IMG/VR virus record: IMGVR_UViG_3300029448_000007
DNA: 28,102 nt
Source: an uncultured virus (IMG/VR IMGVR_UViG_3300029448_000007)
Taxonomy: Duplodnaviria > Heunggongvirae > Uroviricota > Caudoviricetes > Crassvirales
Reading direction: 5' to 3' (one strand)
Shown: piece after piece, positions 8,968 through 18,734 of the stretch
Layout of the letters: each line of letters begins with the position of its first letter
Numbering within the stretch: position 1 is the first letter of the stretch
Translations under genes and position numbers: made by a program
Notes under the pieces: generated by a model
Databases searched by the model: none
Seen by the model: the letters and a program-made list of their open reading frames with translations, nothing else
What the model was told of the DNA's origin: nothing

Positions 8968-10657
8968 ATGCCGAAATGTCTGCTAGAAATTTATCAACTG
9001 TGTTTGAAATGTGCTCTTTGTAAGATGTGTTTTCAAACACATCACCAACAAGATTCTCATTGCTAAAAGCAATTACGAGATCAACAAGATTCACTAGTTC
9101 CTTTTCGAGTGCTTCATCACTCATCTCGGAAATGATATCTTGTTCTACATCAGAAGGGGATGTCGTCTTGTTGGTTTGACCTGATCCAAAATTTTCATCA
9201 TCAATTTGTGACGAAACTTTGTTATAAACAAAATCATATGTCGTTGGATTGGGGTTGAAAGACATATTGTATAATAGAGTGTCCAAGTCAATAGCGTCCC
9301 ATACACTCTCAGGAACTTTTTTAAGATCCTCCATGTTAGCATTTATAAAGAAGTCTTCATCGTATATAGCATCAGCACCATCGTCTATGACTTTGAGTTT
9401 ACCTTTAGATTCAAAGATGAGTTCAACTTCTCTTGCAAAAGGAGTTATCTCAACTTCATTAGGGTAACCATCTTTATCCGAACTAATATACTCAAGTTCT
9501 TTTGACTTATCTTCAGTAAGGAGACCAACAGAAAATGGAAAGAGACAATATTTCTTTGCGTCTTTAAGCAAAGATTTCTTATCTCTGTTTGACATTTTAC
9601 CAGACCAGATAGTAGAAGTAGATATCTTCTTAGACAAAACATCATAACCTTCCTTTGAAACATAGACACCTTGATAGAAATAACACTTTACAGTGTTGTC
9701 TACTTCTTGTTTATGCCACTCACCAGTATCCTTATTGACATAATAAAAGCCATGAGCTTTCATTGCGCTTATCCTAAAACAACCTTTAGCCCAATATATA
9801 AATCCATTGTACTCAGTGATGTTTAAGAAGTCTTCTTCAATAATATTACCTGGTTGATAATTATAACTATAACTATAATTATAACTATAAGGAGCTTTGC
9901 TATTCATGTTACCAGATCCTGTAACAATACCAGGCTCAAAAGAAGAACGATCGATATCAAAAGAATCAACTTCTTTACCAAGATAGTTCATCCTTACAAG
10001 CTTGTTCATATCGAACTCTTCTGGCTCTGCTTCAAACTTATATAGCAAGCTGATAAACTCAAGAGAATATTTGAGAGAAGACCAGTATATACCGTCATCT
10101 GTCTTTAGAAGAAACAAAGGTCTCTCTGAAACAAGTTTACCTTTGTTCTTACCATATTTCTCTTTTGTAGCACCACGAAATAGCCACACCTCACCAATGG
10201 TATCACTCATTGTAATACAAGCACCGCCTTCATATTCAGACAATACTTTCTGATTTGGAAAGTCTACCAAGATAGACTTCATAAAACCATGTGAGTCAAC
10301 CTCTATGTCCTTGATATCAACCTTGTAATTATTACAGAGAGCTTTCCAGTTGGTAACAGTACCGTTCTTTGCACCTACCCAACCATCTCCAAGATCGAAG
10401 GGATGAGCATTTTCTATATTGACAGCACCAGCAGTCTTAGCTCGCGTGTGACCAATGATAGTACACAGACCATCTGGATATTCAATATCCGTATTCATTC
10501 CCGAAAAGAAGTTAAGACCTTTGTAGATTTTATTCTGCTCCTTAGTGTGTATGTATACACCCCAAGAGTCTGTACCTCTGCTTTCGTTTATTGTACCCAA
10601 AAGAGCAATAGCTGACTTATTGGGATTTGTTCCTATGTATCCGAATAATCCACACAT
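8948..10657 (-). CDS. Class II (Ntn) glutamine amidotransferase domain protein
   Basis: N-terminal MCGLFG, RGTDSWG, GHTRAKT, NAHPF, NGT, VDS. Long C-terminal extension. Confidence 0.9.
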   Translation of the reverse strand: MCGLFGYIGTNPNKSAIALLGTINESRGTDSWGVYIHTKEQNKIYKGLNFFSGMNTDIEYPDGLCTIIGHTRAKTAGAVNIENAHPFDLGDGWVGAKNGTVTNWKALCNNYKVDIKDIEVDSHGFMKSILVDFPNQKVLSEYEGGACITMSDTIGEVWLFRGATKEKYGKNKGKLVSERPLFLLKTDDGIYWSSLKYSLEFISLLYKFEAEPEEFDMNKLVRMNYLGKEVDSFDIDRSSFEPGIVTGSGNMNSKAPYSYNYSYSYNYQPGNIIEEDFLNITEYNGFIYWAKGCFRISAMKAHGFYYVNKDTGEWHKQEVDNTVKCYFYQGVYVSKEGYDVLSKKISTSTIWSGKMSNRDKKSLLKDAKKYCLFPFSVGLLTEDKSKELEYISSDKDGYPNEVEITPFAREVELIFESKGKLKVIDDGADAIYDEDFFINANMEDLKKVPESVWDAIDLDTLLYNMSFNPNPTTYDFVYNKVSSQIDDENFGSGQTNKTTSPSDVEQDIISEMSDEALEKELVNLVDLVIAFSNENLVGDVFENTSYKEHISNTVDKFLADISAYEDSKV

Positions 10658-11394
10658 TAGACTAACTCTAGTTTTCTTTGATTAACCAATTGATCCCACG
10701 CATTTTCGTCATACTCATTGATAGCAGACTGAAGTAAGTTTACTTCTTCAATTGTGGGCATTTTAAAATCCTCTAGCTTCTGCATTTGATTAAATACAAA
10801 AACCATTAAGTCTTCACTCGTAAGCCAGTAGTTTGAAACACTCCTAAACTCGAAGCCATAAGGTTTGATTCTGAAAGAACCACACTTACCATACAGCTTT
10901 CTGCGTTCTCTATCAGGGTCTTTCATTGTAATGGGTAGATTGACAAGCATCTCAAAACCAACTACAAACCTGATAACATCGAACTTTTTTGTTTCAAAGT
11001 GAATGTGACCACCGCAAGATCTCAGTGATGTTTTCTTTGCGTTTGGTACACAAGGCATACCGAATATAGTTTCATCAGGAGCACAACCAAAGGTCATTGA
11101 GTTCTTTGTTTGCAACTCTTCTGGAGGAAACTCTGCAGATGATTGAATACATATATCTACAGGGTAGTCAAGGTGCATTCTGATGTAGTCCATCATTTTT
11201 ACATTGCTTGCTACGAATTCATCTGCTGTATTGGCAGGTGGTATAGTCCACTCCGCTGCAACATTATCTGACATTAAAGTGAAACCAGGTTCAATAACTT
11301 CAGGCTTGTCTTTTCTACCTTTGAAGTATCTCTCTGCTGATATAAAGTCTTCTCCTTTGAGAAAAACCTCAGGGTCAGTACCTATTCTTGACAT
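10657..11394 (-). CDS. phiEco32-like COOH-NH2 ligase type 2
   Basis: IGTDPEVFL, DNVAAEWTIPP, FGCAPD, LRSCGGHIH, RRKLYGKCGSFRIKPYGFEFRS. Confidence 0.9.
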   Translation of the reverse strand: MSRIGTDPEVFLKGEDFISAERYFKGRKDKPEVIEPGFTLMSDNVAAEWTIPPANTADEFVASNVKMMDYIRMHLDYPVDICIQSSAEFPPEELQTKNSMTFGCAPDETIFGMPCVPNAKKTSLRSCGGHIHFETKKFDVIRFVVGFEMLVNLPITMKDPDRERRKLYGKCGSFRIKPYGFEFRSVSNYWLTSEDLMVFVFNQMQKLEDFKMPTIEEVNLLQSAINEYDENAWDQLVNQRKLELV

Positions 11395-12244
11395 GTTCTT
11401 TTACTTTTTGTCTTTTACCCAACTCATTTTTAACTATTACGGAACCATCCTTAAAAAACTTTTCGATAAAATAGTTTTTGTTTTTTCTCAATAAAATCTT
11501 TTTACCTTTCTTAATAGTTTTTGTAGGGTATATTGCCTCTACAATACCACTAACTTGTCTTCCAGAACAATCTAATCTTTCCCTATAGGAACTAGTCAAG
11601 TTTCTTAAAACCCAATCAGATTTAAATGCTTTCTTAAGCGTGTCTTCTTTTATAAGAAGTGATCTTTGGTACATAATTGGTGCAAAAGAAAATGTTGGAA
11701 TACCAGCAATACATTTTAGAAGAGCAGTTTCTGGTTTGAAACCTCTTTTAATATATTTAAAATACTGATCTGGAACACAATGTTCACTTTGATAAGCATA
11801 GAAGCTTTCAGTTGCTGCAAATCTTATCAAACAGCCTGTTACATAGTTACCATCTGGAAAAGGAGAATCATTTTTTTTTCTAACATTACCCCTCTTACCA
11901 TAAGAAACCGTATAGCAATCTACTCTTTGAGCACACTTTTTTGCATAAATAACTCCTTTTTTTAAATCCATTTTATCGTATGTGCTAGAGTTTAACTCTT
12001 CTCTAACTTCTTTTGGAGGAGTAGCTTTTTTAGGTAATGGTATATCAACAATATTCTCTCTGATATGCTGTAAGAATCTAAGACCTTTGCTATTATAAGC
12101 ACCTATATAAATTTTAAATGAGTCGGCCGTTTTCATATTTTGCCAACAGTAACCATCTCTTAATATCTTATTTGCTATAGTACCAGTCCAGGTTCGACCA
12201 GTACATGTCATTACAGATCTTGGGACTCGTCTTGTATTTTCCAT
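11375..12244 (-). CDS. Hypothetical basic protein within amidoligase cluster
   Basis: 289-aa Lys/Arg-rich ORF overlapping both neighbours. Confidence 0.6.
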   Translation of the reverse strand: MENTRRVPRSVMTCTGRTWTGTIANKILRDGYCWQNMKTADSFKIYIGAYNSKGLRFLQHIRENIVDIPLPKKATPPKEVREELNSSTYDKMDLKKGVIYAKKCAQRVDCYTVSYGKRGNVRKKNDSPFPDGNYVTGCLIRFAATESFYAYQSEHCVPDQYFKYIKRGFKPETALLKCIAGIPTFSFAPIMYQRSLLIKEDTLKKAFKSDWVLRNLTSSYRERLDCSGRQVSGIVEAIYPTKTIKKGKKILLRKNKNYFIEKFFKDGSVIVKNELGKRQKVKEHVKNRY

Positions 12245-12957
12245 CGTATTAGTTTATTTAAGTGATCTCTATATTGCTCGATTCCCAACTCACCCAATGC
12301 TGGTGCGGAATTTATCTCACAAATAATGAAGTCACCTTTTTTATTTACTCTTACGTCACAAGCACCTAGATTTAAACCAGTTGCTTTTAATGCTCTTGAG
12401 CAATGCTCAATTATATCTTCCCAATTATCAGGTCTGTTGAAAAGCTCATGGTTGGAGCTTACCCAATTACAATTGTGAGAATTGAAAAACCATCTTTCTG
12501 TAGAGTCAGATCGTCTTAGTTTACGCCAAGACATGATTTCCCCTAAATCAGAAATATGAACTCTATACTCTCGAGAGTAGTTATAAAACTTCTCAATAAC
12601 ATATCTATCTATATTGTTAGAACTAACGAACTTTTCTAACTCTTTCTCATCTTTTATAAGTACCATACCTACACCTTGCCTACCATAATGTCTTTTTACA
12701 ACAAGTGGAAACTCAACATTGGTCAAGTCTTTGTACCACAGTGCTTGGTTGACATTATGCTTTTCAAACAAGGTCTTCATGATAAACTTAGAAGATGAAT
12801 TCTTAACTGACTGTACCGTATTGATATGCAAATCGGCATCTCTCTCTGTAACAGAACCGAGACGAACAACAACTCTATAAGGAGTTCTGTCTAATGTTCG
12901 CCTCAGCCCATTACAAGAGTGATTTCTAGATAAGACCTTAGGCCTTCTATATTTCAT
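12211..12957 (-). CDS. ATP-grasp ligase (RimK/glutathione synthetase-like)
   Basis: FPLVVK...GRQGVGM, IEKFY...EYRVH, GACDV...ICEINSAP. Confidence 0.9.
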   Translation of the reverse strand: MKYRRPKVLSRNHSCNGLRRTLDRTPYRVVVRLGSVTERDADLHINTVQSVKNSSSKFIMKTLFEKHNVNQALWYKDLTNVEFPLVVKRHYGRQGVGMVLIKDEKELEKFVSSNNIDRYVIEKFYNYSREYRVHISDLGEIMSWRKLRRSDSTERWFFNSHNCNWVSSNHELFNRPDNWEDIIEHCSRALKATGLNLGACDVRVNKKGDFIICEINSAPALGELGIEQYRDHLNKLIRWKIQDESQDL

Positions 12958-13325
12958 TATAGATTTGTAAAGTCACCTGATGGAATATAGTCTAGATCTT
13001 TTACATCATTATTCCAGATGTAAATATCTGCTTTACCGTGACTTGTTTCAACAGTCTCTGCACGATACATACCTTGACTAGGATTATTCCTGTATGCACC
13101 TTCAAGCCTGTCTAGATTCTTGACAATCTCAGGTTCAGTAACCTCATAGACATCAACGGTAATTTCTTCATTACCTTCAACAACTGCAGGAAACCATCCT
13201 ACATTGTACATTTTAAACTGCGGTTTGGTACGCTCGGTACCCAAATGTTTTGCTCTTTTTAAGAGCCTATTATTCCCGAACCCTGGTCTCAGGGTGCCAT
13301 AAACCGCAAAGCGCTTTGCTTTCAT
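12957..13325 (-). CDS. Gamma-glutamylcyclotransferase (AIG2/GGACT-like)
   Basis: AVYGTLRPG, FPAV, VDVYEV, LDRLEG, YR, SGDF. Confidence 0.9.
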   Translation of the reverse strand: MKAKRFAVYGTLRPGFGNNRLLKRAKHLGTERTKPQFKMYNVGWFPAVVEGNEEITVDVYEVTEPEIVKNLDRLEGAYRNNPSQGMYRAETVETSHGKADIYIWNNDVKDLDYIPSGDFTNL

Positions 13326-14211
13326 GAATCAAGTTGATTAAAGATTCTTTACTGTTTGCTTTTGTAAAATCACTCAAGTCTTTTGAGTGGTAAACCAAGT
13401 CGATATAAGGGATATTGTACAATTCCGAATGAACTTTACTAGCCTGTCGACCAGCTTCGTCATTGTCATATAGTATAAAACACTTGTACTTTTCTTTTAA
13501 AGGTTTCAATAACTTATCACTGATTGCTGTGTTCTCAGAGTTTGGAGCTATCGCATTGATACCAATCTCATCGAGAATCATTACCTCCTTTAGTGATGAA
13601 GTTATTATCAGCTCGGGTCTATCATCAATCTGAGTATACCCTTGAATAGAATTTTTGTTGGTGTTTCCTAAGTATTTAGGACTACCCCCTGGCATATATA
13701 TTTTGATCCTGCTTCCAATCAAAAACGCATAAGCATGTTTCTTGGAAAAGAAAAGACCATTCAAATTATAACCTGAGATAGCAACAACATTGAACTTTTT
13801 GAGAGTGCTGGAAGATATCCCAAAAGGTTCCCAGAAGTCTCTATGAATTTTCCCAAATGGTAAAGGTGCATAGTAGATCTCACTCCTCTTTGTCTTGGGA
13901 GGAGTATAGTCTATCTTAGCGACTCCACTTAAGCCGCTGTAGATGAACTCAATAGCCTGACCTGTACTCAAGTTATGCATGAGTTTGACAAGCTCTACTA
14001 TATTGCCCTTACACTCTGGTCTTGCCAGATCAATAAAATAAAGTCCGTTACGATTAGAATACACCACAAATGAAGGGTGTTTATCATCACGCAACGGACT
14101 TTTAATAGGTTTACCTATCTTAAGATAAGGTATGTATCTTAGGAAAAGCTCATAGTCGGTATAATTGTCTTTAATATATTGCCACTTCGACTTGAAGCTT
14201 ATGATCCCCAC
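13270..14211 (-). CDS. DNA primase (DnaG-type, TOPRIM)
   Basis: SPLRDDKHPSF N-terminal domain, IITSSLKEV, APNSE, YDNDEAG, KDLSD. Confidence 0.85.
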   Translation of the reverse strand: MGIISFKSKWQYIKDNYTDYELFLRYIPYLKIGKPIKSPLRDDKHPSFVVYSNRNGLYFIDLARPECKGNIVELVKLMHNLSTGQAIEFIYSGLSGVAKIDYTPPKTKRSEIYYAPLPFGKIHRDFWEPFGISSSTLKKFNVVAISGYNLNGLFFSKKHAYAFLIGSRIKIYMPGGSPKYLGNTNKNSIQGYTQIDDRPELIITSSLKEVMILDEIGINAIAPNSENTAISDKLLKPLKEKYKCFILYDNDEAGRQASKVHSELYNIPYIDLVYHSKDLSDFTKANSKESLINLIHESKALCGLWHPETRVRE

Positions 14212-14744
14212 TCCTGTCCAGCCTCGGCTTTAGGAAGTCTCTTAAAGATTTTAGGGTCATCTGGATTGTACACGAGTCTTGTTTCGTTGACAATACCGAC
14301 TTCAGCTTCTTCAGATTCAATATTCTCTGAGAAGTTGTACAATGGAATCTCAGTAGAGACTTTTGTCTCTCCATTCTGATTCACATATTCTCTTGCACCG
14401 AAAAGCATTCTAAGGCTACGCCCTCTGCTGATTTCATTGAGCTTCTCCACAAAAGGAAGAAGGTCATTATCAGGAGTGCTCAGCTCATTGATTACTTTAT
14501 CAGTAGTCAAGCGATTCAGAATCTGACGAATCTTCGTCAACTGAATCTTGATGGAGGCTTCAGATGTAAAATAGAATCTAAATGTAGTTCCATTTTCTGA
14601 TGAGCCGCCTTTTGGATACAGAACCAACTCGAGAATCATAGGATTCGCTTGGTTCAAGCTCCATTCACGGATTGTTACCTCATGGACGCCAGGCTGAATA
14701 TACTTCGGGCCTGCAACGTCTTGGTAATCACTAAAATTAATCAT
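14199..14744 (-). CDS. Putative single-stranded DNA-binding protein
   Basis: YIQPGVHEVTI start, beta-rich body, short acidic/aromatic tail, directly downstream of a Sak4-like ATPase. Confidence 0.55.
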   Translation of the reverse strand: MINFSDYQDVAGPKYIQPGVHEVTIREWSLNQANPMILELVLYPKGGSSENGTTFRFYFTSEASIKIQLTKIRQILNRLTTDKVINELSTPDNDLLPFVEKLNEISRGRSLRMLFGAREYVNQNGETKVSTEIPLYNFSENIESEEAEVGIVNETRLVYNPDDPKIFKRLPKAEAGQEWGS

Positions 14745-15472
14745 TAACTAAAGATTTCTGACCAATTTACACTAATTGAATCATCAGTTTTTTCACTGAT
14801 TTTAAACTTCTGACCAGAAAGATGCTCTGGTCGTGCGCCACAAACAAAATTGTTTGTTTCAAATGACAAGTAACCGTCTGCGCCTTTACGGTAGAAATAA
14901 CCGATAGCGTCAGCTTTGGCACATTGAATTGCAGCAAGCTTACCTGTCAAGGAGATGTCCACTCCTACAACGGGTTCTCCGCTTGTCTTTGATTCGATCA
15001 TCCTATCTTTCACATGAGCAATAAGAATTACAGTCTCACAAAGTTTTTCAAACTCAGATATGACTGATTCAAAAGCCAATCTGTGGTAGTGATAACCTGC
15101 GCCTTGAGGCAAGGTTCTAACATCATCACCTTGATAGTTTCTACCCATAGGGGTTTTCTGATACATCTGCTTTGCAATAGGCAAAACAATTTCTTCGAGC
15201 TCAGTTACTGTATCAAAAGCAATCCTTTTGTAAGGCTTCTCTGCAGCTACAATAGCTTCTCTAAGATTTCTCAAGTCATCTACATTGTTGACTTGAACGC
15301 TCATACACTCAGCATACTTACTACCATCTTCGGTATCTACAATAAGGGTATCTTCCAAAGCTGAAATAACAGTGGTCTTACCCTGCTTGGGTGGTGCATA
15401 GATGATAAGCCTTGAGGGGTTTACCCTCTCTCGCTTAACTCTCTTGGTTGGCAATTGCATCTCTTTCTGCAT
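14744..15472 (-). CDS. Sak4-like / AAA_24 P-loop ATPase (recombinase)
   Basis: YAPPKQGKTT (Walker A), VDTEDGS, IAFDTVT, GAGY, LIAHVK, ADAIGY. Confidence 0.85.
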   Translation of the reverse strand: MQKEMQLPTKRVKRERVNPSRLIIYAPPKQGKTTVISALEDTLIVDTEDGSKYAECMSVQVNNVDDLRNLREAIVAAEKPYKRIAFDTVTELEEIVLPIAKQMYQKTPMGRNYQGDDVRTLPQGAGYHYHRLAFESVISEFEKLCETVILIAHVKDRMIESKTSGEPVVGVDISLTGKLAAIQCAKADAIGYFYRKGADGYLSFETNNFVCGARPEHLSGQKFKISEKTDDSISVNWSEIFS

Positions 15473-15986
15473 CTAAGTTTCTATTTTCTGCGTTAGACAC
15501 CTCGAATTTTTCAGGGAATCTTGCTTTCAGTTTTCTGATATTAGCTTCCCTAACTTCATCGGGGTTTAAAGAATGTGCTGTACACAAGTCGTTGATGTGT
15601 GTAAACACAGTATGGAGATAGTAATTATAGAAGCATTCGTCTTCATGTCCTTTAAAATAAGCATTAAAGCCGTCAGCTGCATTATAAATATCACCTGCCA
15701 TTGTTTGTAAAGCTCGTGTAGTTTTAGAACCAATCTTATTGACAGGCTCTACAATACCTAGATTTACATTCAACACACGATCCAGTGTGCAGGTAAAATA
15801 ATACAAGTCACCAAGTTCTTCAATAACGTTTGTAATATCGAGTTCTTTACCATACCCTACAACTTTCTTGAGGGCTGATAGATACTCACCTACTTCGGAC
15901 TTGATACCTAAGACACAATGCTCAACTTGTCTGTCTCTGTCTGCGTCGTCGTTCCAAGTTCTTTTGATTTCTTCTGTATACACCAA
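15435..15986 (-). CDS. MazG-like nucleotide pyrophosphohydrolase
   Basis: LGIKSEVGE...EELGDLYYF...NIRKLKARFPEKF. Confidence 0.85.
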   Translation of the reverse strand: MVYTEEIKRTWNDDADRDRQVEHCVLGIKSEVGEYLSALKKVVGYGKELDITNVIEELGDLYYFTCTLDRVLNVNLGIVEPVNKIGSKTTRALQTMAGDIYNAADGFNAYFKGHEDECFYNYYLHTVFTHINDLCTAHSLNPDEVREANIRKLKARFPEKFEVSNAENRNLDAERDAIANQES

Positions 15987-16717
15987 TTTATTGCTGTTTT
16001 TGCGTCCTTTATTAAAAGACTGTTAACTTGTTTGAAATGTCCCGAAGGATTAAAAGAATTTACTCCATAGAATCCTGAAGATGGGTGTCCTGTAGAAAAT
16101 ACTCTATGCTCATCAGAGACTATGGATTTAGCTTGTTTGCCCCATGCCATAACAATATCAGTAGGAGCAACGTGGAGTACAAATTTAATAAATTTATTCC
16201 ACGCAGGAGAAAAAGGAAATGTTAAAGATGAATTTAAAAACAATACGCCTTCGGAAGATAAGCTTTTAAGACTATCGTCAAAGTTCTTTATCTCTCCAAA
16301 CTCATCGTTCAAAGATTCTTTTATTCTTTTTAATGCATATGGTGTATAGTTTTGGTCTGTACCAAATGCAATACCATTTGCTATATTTTTAATCTGATAT
16401 GGTTCTTGACCAAGTACAATAACCTTAGTCTTCTCAAAGGGACATGCCTTGAAAGCTTCAAATACATTAAAGTTTCCTCTAGGCAGTCTACCTAAGTTCT
16501 TAAAGTACTTGTTATAAAGCATATCGGATAGAGGTTTCTTCCAAGTCCCAAAAGACTTATCTAAAAAATCTTCATACTTTATATTCTCGTACTCTTTTTG
16601 GTCTTTACTCATCTGTAAATCGACTATTAGATTGCACTTTGTACATTTGAACCACCCGTCGTTTATCTCCACGTACTTATGAAGAGTTCCTTTGCAGTAA
16701 TGCATTGTGCTTTTCAA
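15908..16717 (-). CDS. ung: Family-1 uracil-DNA glycosylase-like protein with N-terminal Cys/His extension
   Basis: VFEAF...KVIVLGQEPY, ANGIAF, GVLFLNSSLT, WGKQA, HPS, HFKQVN...INW. Confidence 0.8.
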   Translation of the reverse strand: MKSTMHYCKGTLHKYVEINDGWFKCTKCNLIVDLQMSKDQKEYENIKYEDFLDKSFGTWKKPLSDMLYNKYFKNLGRLPRGNFNVFEAFKACPFEKTKVIVLGQEPYQIKNIANGIAFGTDQNYTPYALKRIKESLNDEFGEIKNFDDSLKSLSSEGVLFLNSSLTFPFSPAWNKFIKFVLHVAPTDIVMAWGKQAKSIVSDEHRVFSTGHPSSGFYGVNSFNPSGHFKQVNSLLIKDAKTAINWCIQKKSKELGTTTQTETDKLSIVS

Positions 16718-16934
16718 TTAAAAATTCAACATACTGTTTCTTATCACCGTACTTGATGTGACAAGATCTACACAGAGCCATTAGATTCTCAATGAAGTCT
16801 GCTTTCTTACTGCCTCCCATACCACGAGCTTTAATATGGTGTATATCAACAGCAGTCTTTCTGCAAACTTCACAAGGAATCCAATCTGCTTCTGTGTATC
16901 CAAAATGATTAAGATATATTTTTTTGTAGGACAT
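16677..16934 (-). CDS. Small HNH endonuclease
   Basis: CEVC...DIHHI...NLMALCRSCH. Probable start is MSYKKIY at 16934 rather than 17027. Confidence 0.85.
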   Translation of the reverse strand: MSYKKIYLNHFGYTEADWIPCEVCRKTAVDIHHIKARGMGGSKKADFIENLMALCRSCHIKYGDKKQYVEFLIEKHNALLQRNSS

Positions 16935-17616
16935 GATTGATATACACAAGGTGTTGAATGTCCGCATCAAGCAGATGTTTCTTTTCTCCATTGGAGAAGT
17001 GTATATCTTCCGTATCAATGAAGTCAATTACCATTTCTTGCCCATTTAAATACACATATAGGTCTGCTTTTTCTTTTTTACAGTCTAACTTACCATTAAA
17101 GTCTGCCTTTAGTATGTCAATTATTTCATCAACTATATCACTGTTTTTAAATACAGGTCCTTCTTTAATCTTAAGTTTATTCAGACCCATTTCTTTTACA
17201 ATATCTTTTAGATGCTTTAGAGTTACATCTTCAACAGTTTCTAACCAATACCCACGATTAAGAACATACTCATAGATATCAGGACAATGAAAAAATAATT
17301 TGTACTTTTGATTTCCCCAAAGTCTATCTTGTTCTTGAAGTTGCTGATTACATCTTATATAGATTTTATATAATAGATTCCAAAATGTTTTTAGGTCAAT
17401 GTCTACATAACTACGAATACATAAGTAAGCATCTCTTCTGCTTCTGTTTCTACATTCTTTGCATTGAATTCTACCATCTTTGTAAAAAGTCTTTTCTGTA
17501 AAAGTCTTAACAAAGAGGTCTTCAAATGAAGAGGGTGTTTTAGACAAAAAGATATTGTCTGAGGCTTTTAAATAACTTTCTCTCGCCTGAAAGAAAGAGT
17601 CTGACTGTTTTCTCAT
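16909..17616 (-). CDS. Hypothetical protein
   Basis: 235-aa ORF with ATGA overlap with the helicase stop. Confidence 0.6.
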   Translation of the reverse strand: MRKQSDSFFQARESYLKASDNIFLSKTPSSFEDLFVKTFTEKTFYKDGRIQCKECRNRSRRDAYLCIRSYVDIDLKTFWNLLYKIYIRCNQQLQEQDRLWGNQKYKLFFHCPDIYEYVLNRGYWLETVEDVTLKHLKDIVKEMGLNKLKIKEGPVFKNSDIVDEIIDILKADFNGKLDCKKEKADLYVYLNGQEMVIDFIDTEDIHFSNGEKKHLLDADIQHLVYINHVLQKNIS

Positions 17617-18734
17617 TCGTTTCTAAATCTTTCGTACATTGGTGATGTGATTTCTGATGCTGGAGGAAGCTCTCTAAAATAATTAGAGGCACCTTTGAAA
17701 AGTAGTCCTGTTTCTTTACCTACAGGACCGTATCTGTTTTTCAGTGTAATAACACTCCTAAATTCATCCTGCAGAATCTTAGTGTTGTATTTCTGATAGT
17801 TGTTGATGCCATGATAATACGGGTTAAATATTCCTAGTATGGTATGTGCATCACGCTGAGTAAGTTTATTGTCGGCAAGCTTAGCCTTTGTAGGCTTTAG
17901 CTTTTCTTCAATCTTACTACCTAGCTTGGTAAACTCAGCGTTTTCACCATCTGAAACTTGCTGTTGAACATTGATGAATATATAGTTGAGGTTCTTTGTT
18001 ATGTTCATACGACCATAATCAGAACTCATCCTCGACATAGCTTTATGTAGAGTTTCTGCGTCCTTTTCTGGTGATAACAAAGAGAAGTGGTCAACCACAA
18101 CGATGACATATTCTTCTTCATCGTTAGGTATATAGTGAGAGAAAGCCCAATCAGATTTATCTCTAACAAGATCGAATTGGTCTCTGCTTAATACATTATT
18201 CTTTAGTGGGTCTTGCTTATAGTTATAATAATAGAATGTGCCATTCTGTAAAGCATACTCTTTAACCCTTTTGTAAATACCTGTTGGATTAGATATAGTG
18301 TCTATGATTTCAATATCCTTTGCAATATCGGAGAATTCTTTCTCTTCTTTCTCAAGGATGTTAATAACCTTAAGATCAACAGCTTCGCTCATAGACTGAA
18401 GCTGATTAACGTCTACTTTGATTTGATGTTTCTGATATAGATGGTTACAAAATAGACTCCTTGCAAACTCTGAACGAGTTTCTTCGAGAGCAAAATACAA
18501 AACCTTAAGTCTAATATTATTGTCTCTACAAAAAGTTCGTGCGTGATATAACCAATGCTTAGTAAACTGAGTCTTACCGACGCCAGAACCAGCAGTAAAA
18601 ATATAGTAATTACCCTTTATAAGACCAGGTATTACAGACGAAAATCTAGAAAATGGATTTGCTATACAGTTTACTTTACCTTCTAAAACTCTCTCTCGAT
18701 TACGTTTAAGCTCTTCAAGAGTTTGTTTTATCAT
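17613..18734 (-). CDS. DnaB-like replicative helicase (crAss-type)
   Basis: AGSGVGKT, YFALEE, VVVDHFSL, VQQQ, QRDAHTILG, LKNRYG. Confidence 0.88.
   Translation of the reverse strand: MIKQTLEELKRNRERVLEGKVNCIANPFSRFSSVIPGLIKGNYYIFTAGSGVGKTQFTKHWLYHARTFCRDNNIRLKVLYFALEETRSEFARSLFCNHLYQKHQIKVDVNQLQSMSEAVDLKVINILEKEEKEFSDIAKDIEIIDTISNPTGIYKRVKEYALQNGTFYYYNYKQDPLKNNVLSRDQFDLVRDKSDWAFSHYIPNDEEEYVIVVVDHFSLLSPEKDAETLHKAMSRMSSDYGRMNITKNLNYIFINVQQQVSDGENAEFTKLGSKIEEKLKPTKAKLADNKLTQRDAHTILGIFNPYYHGINNYQKYNTKILQDEFRSVITLKNRYGPVGKETGLLFKGASNYFRELPPASEITSPMYERFRNE

Noticed and set aside
9857..9890. Short tandem hexamer repeat (encodes YSYNYSYSYNY)
   Set aside because: It is an in-frame low-complexity linker after the GATase domain, with no evidence of another role.
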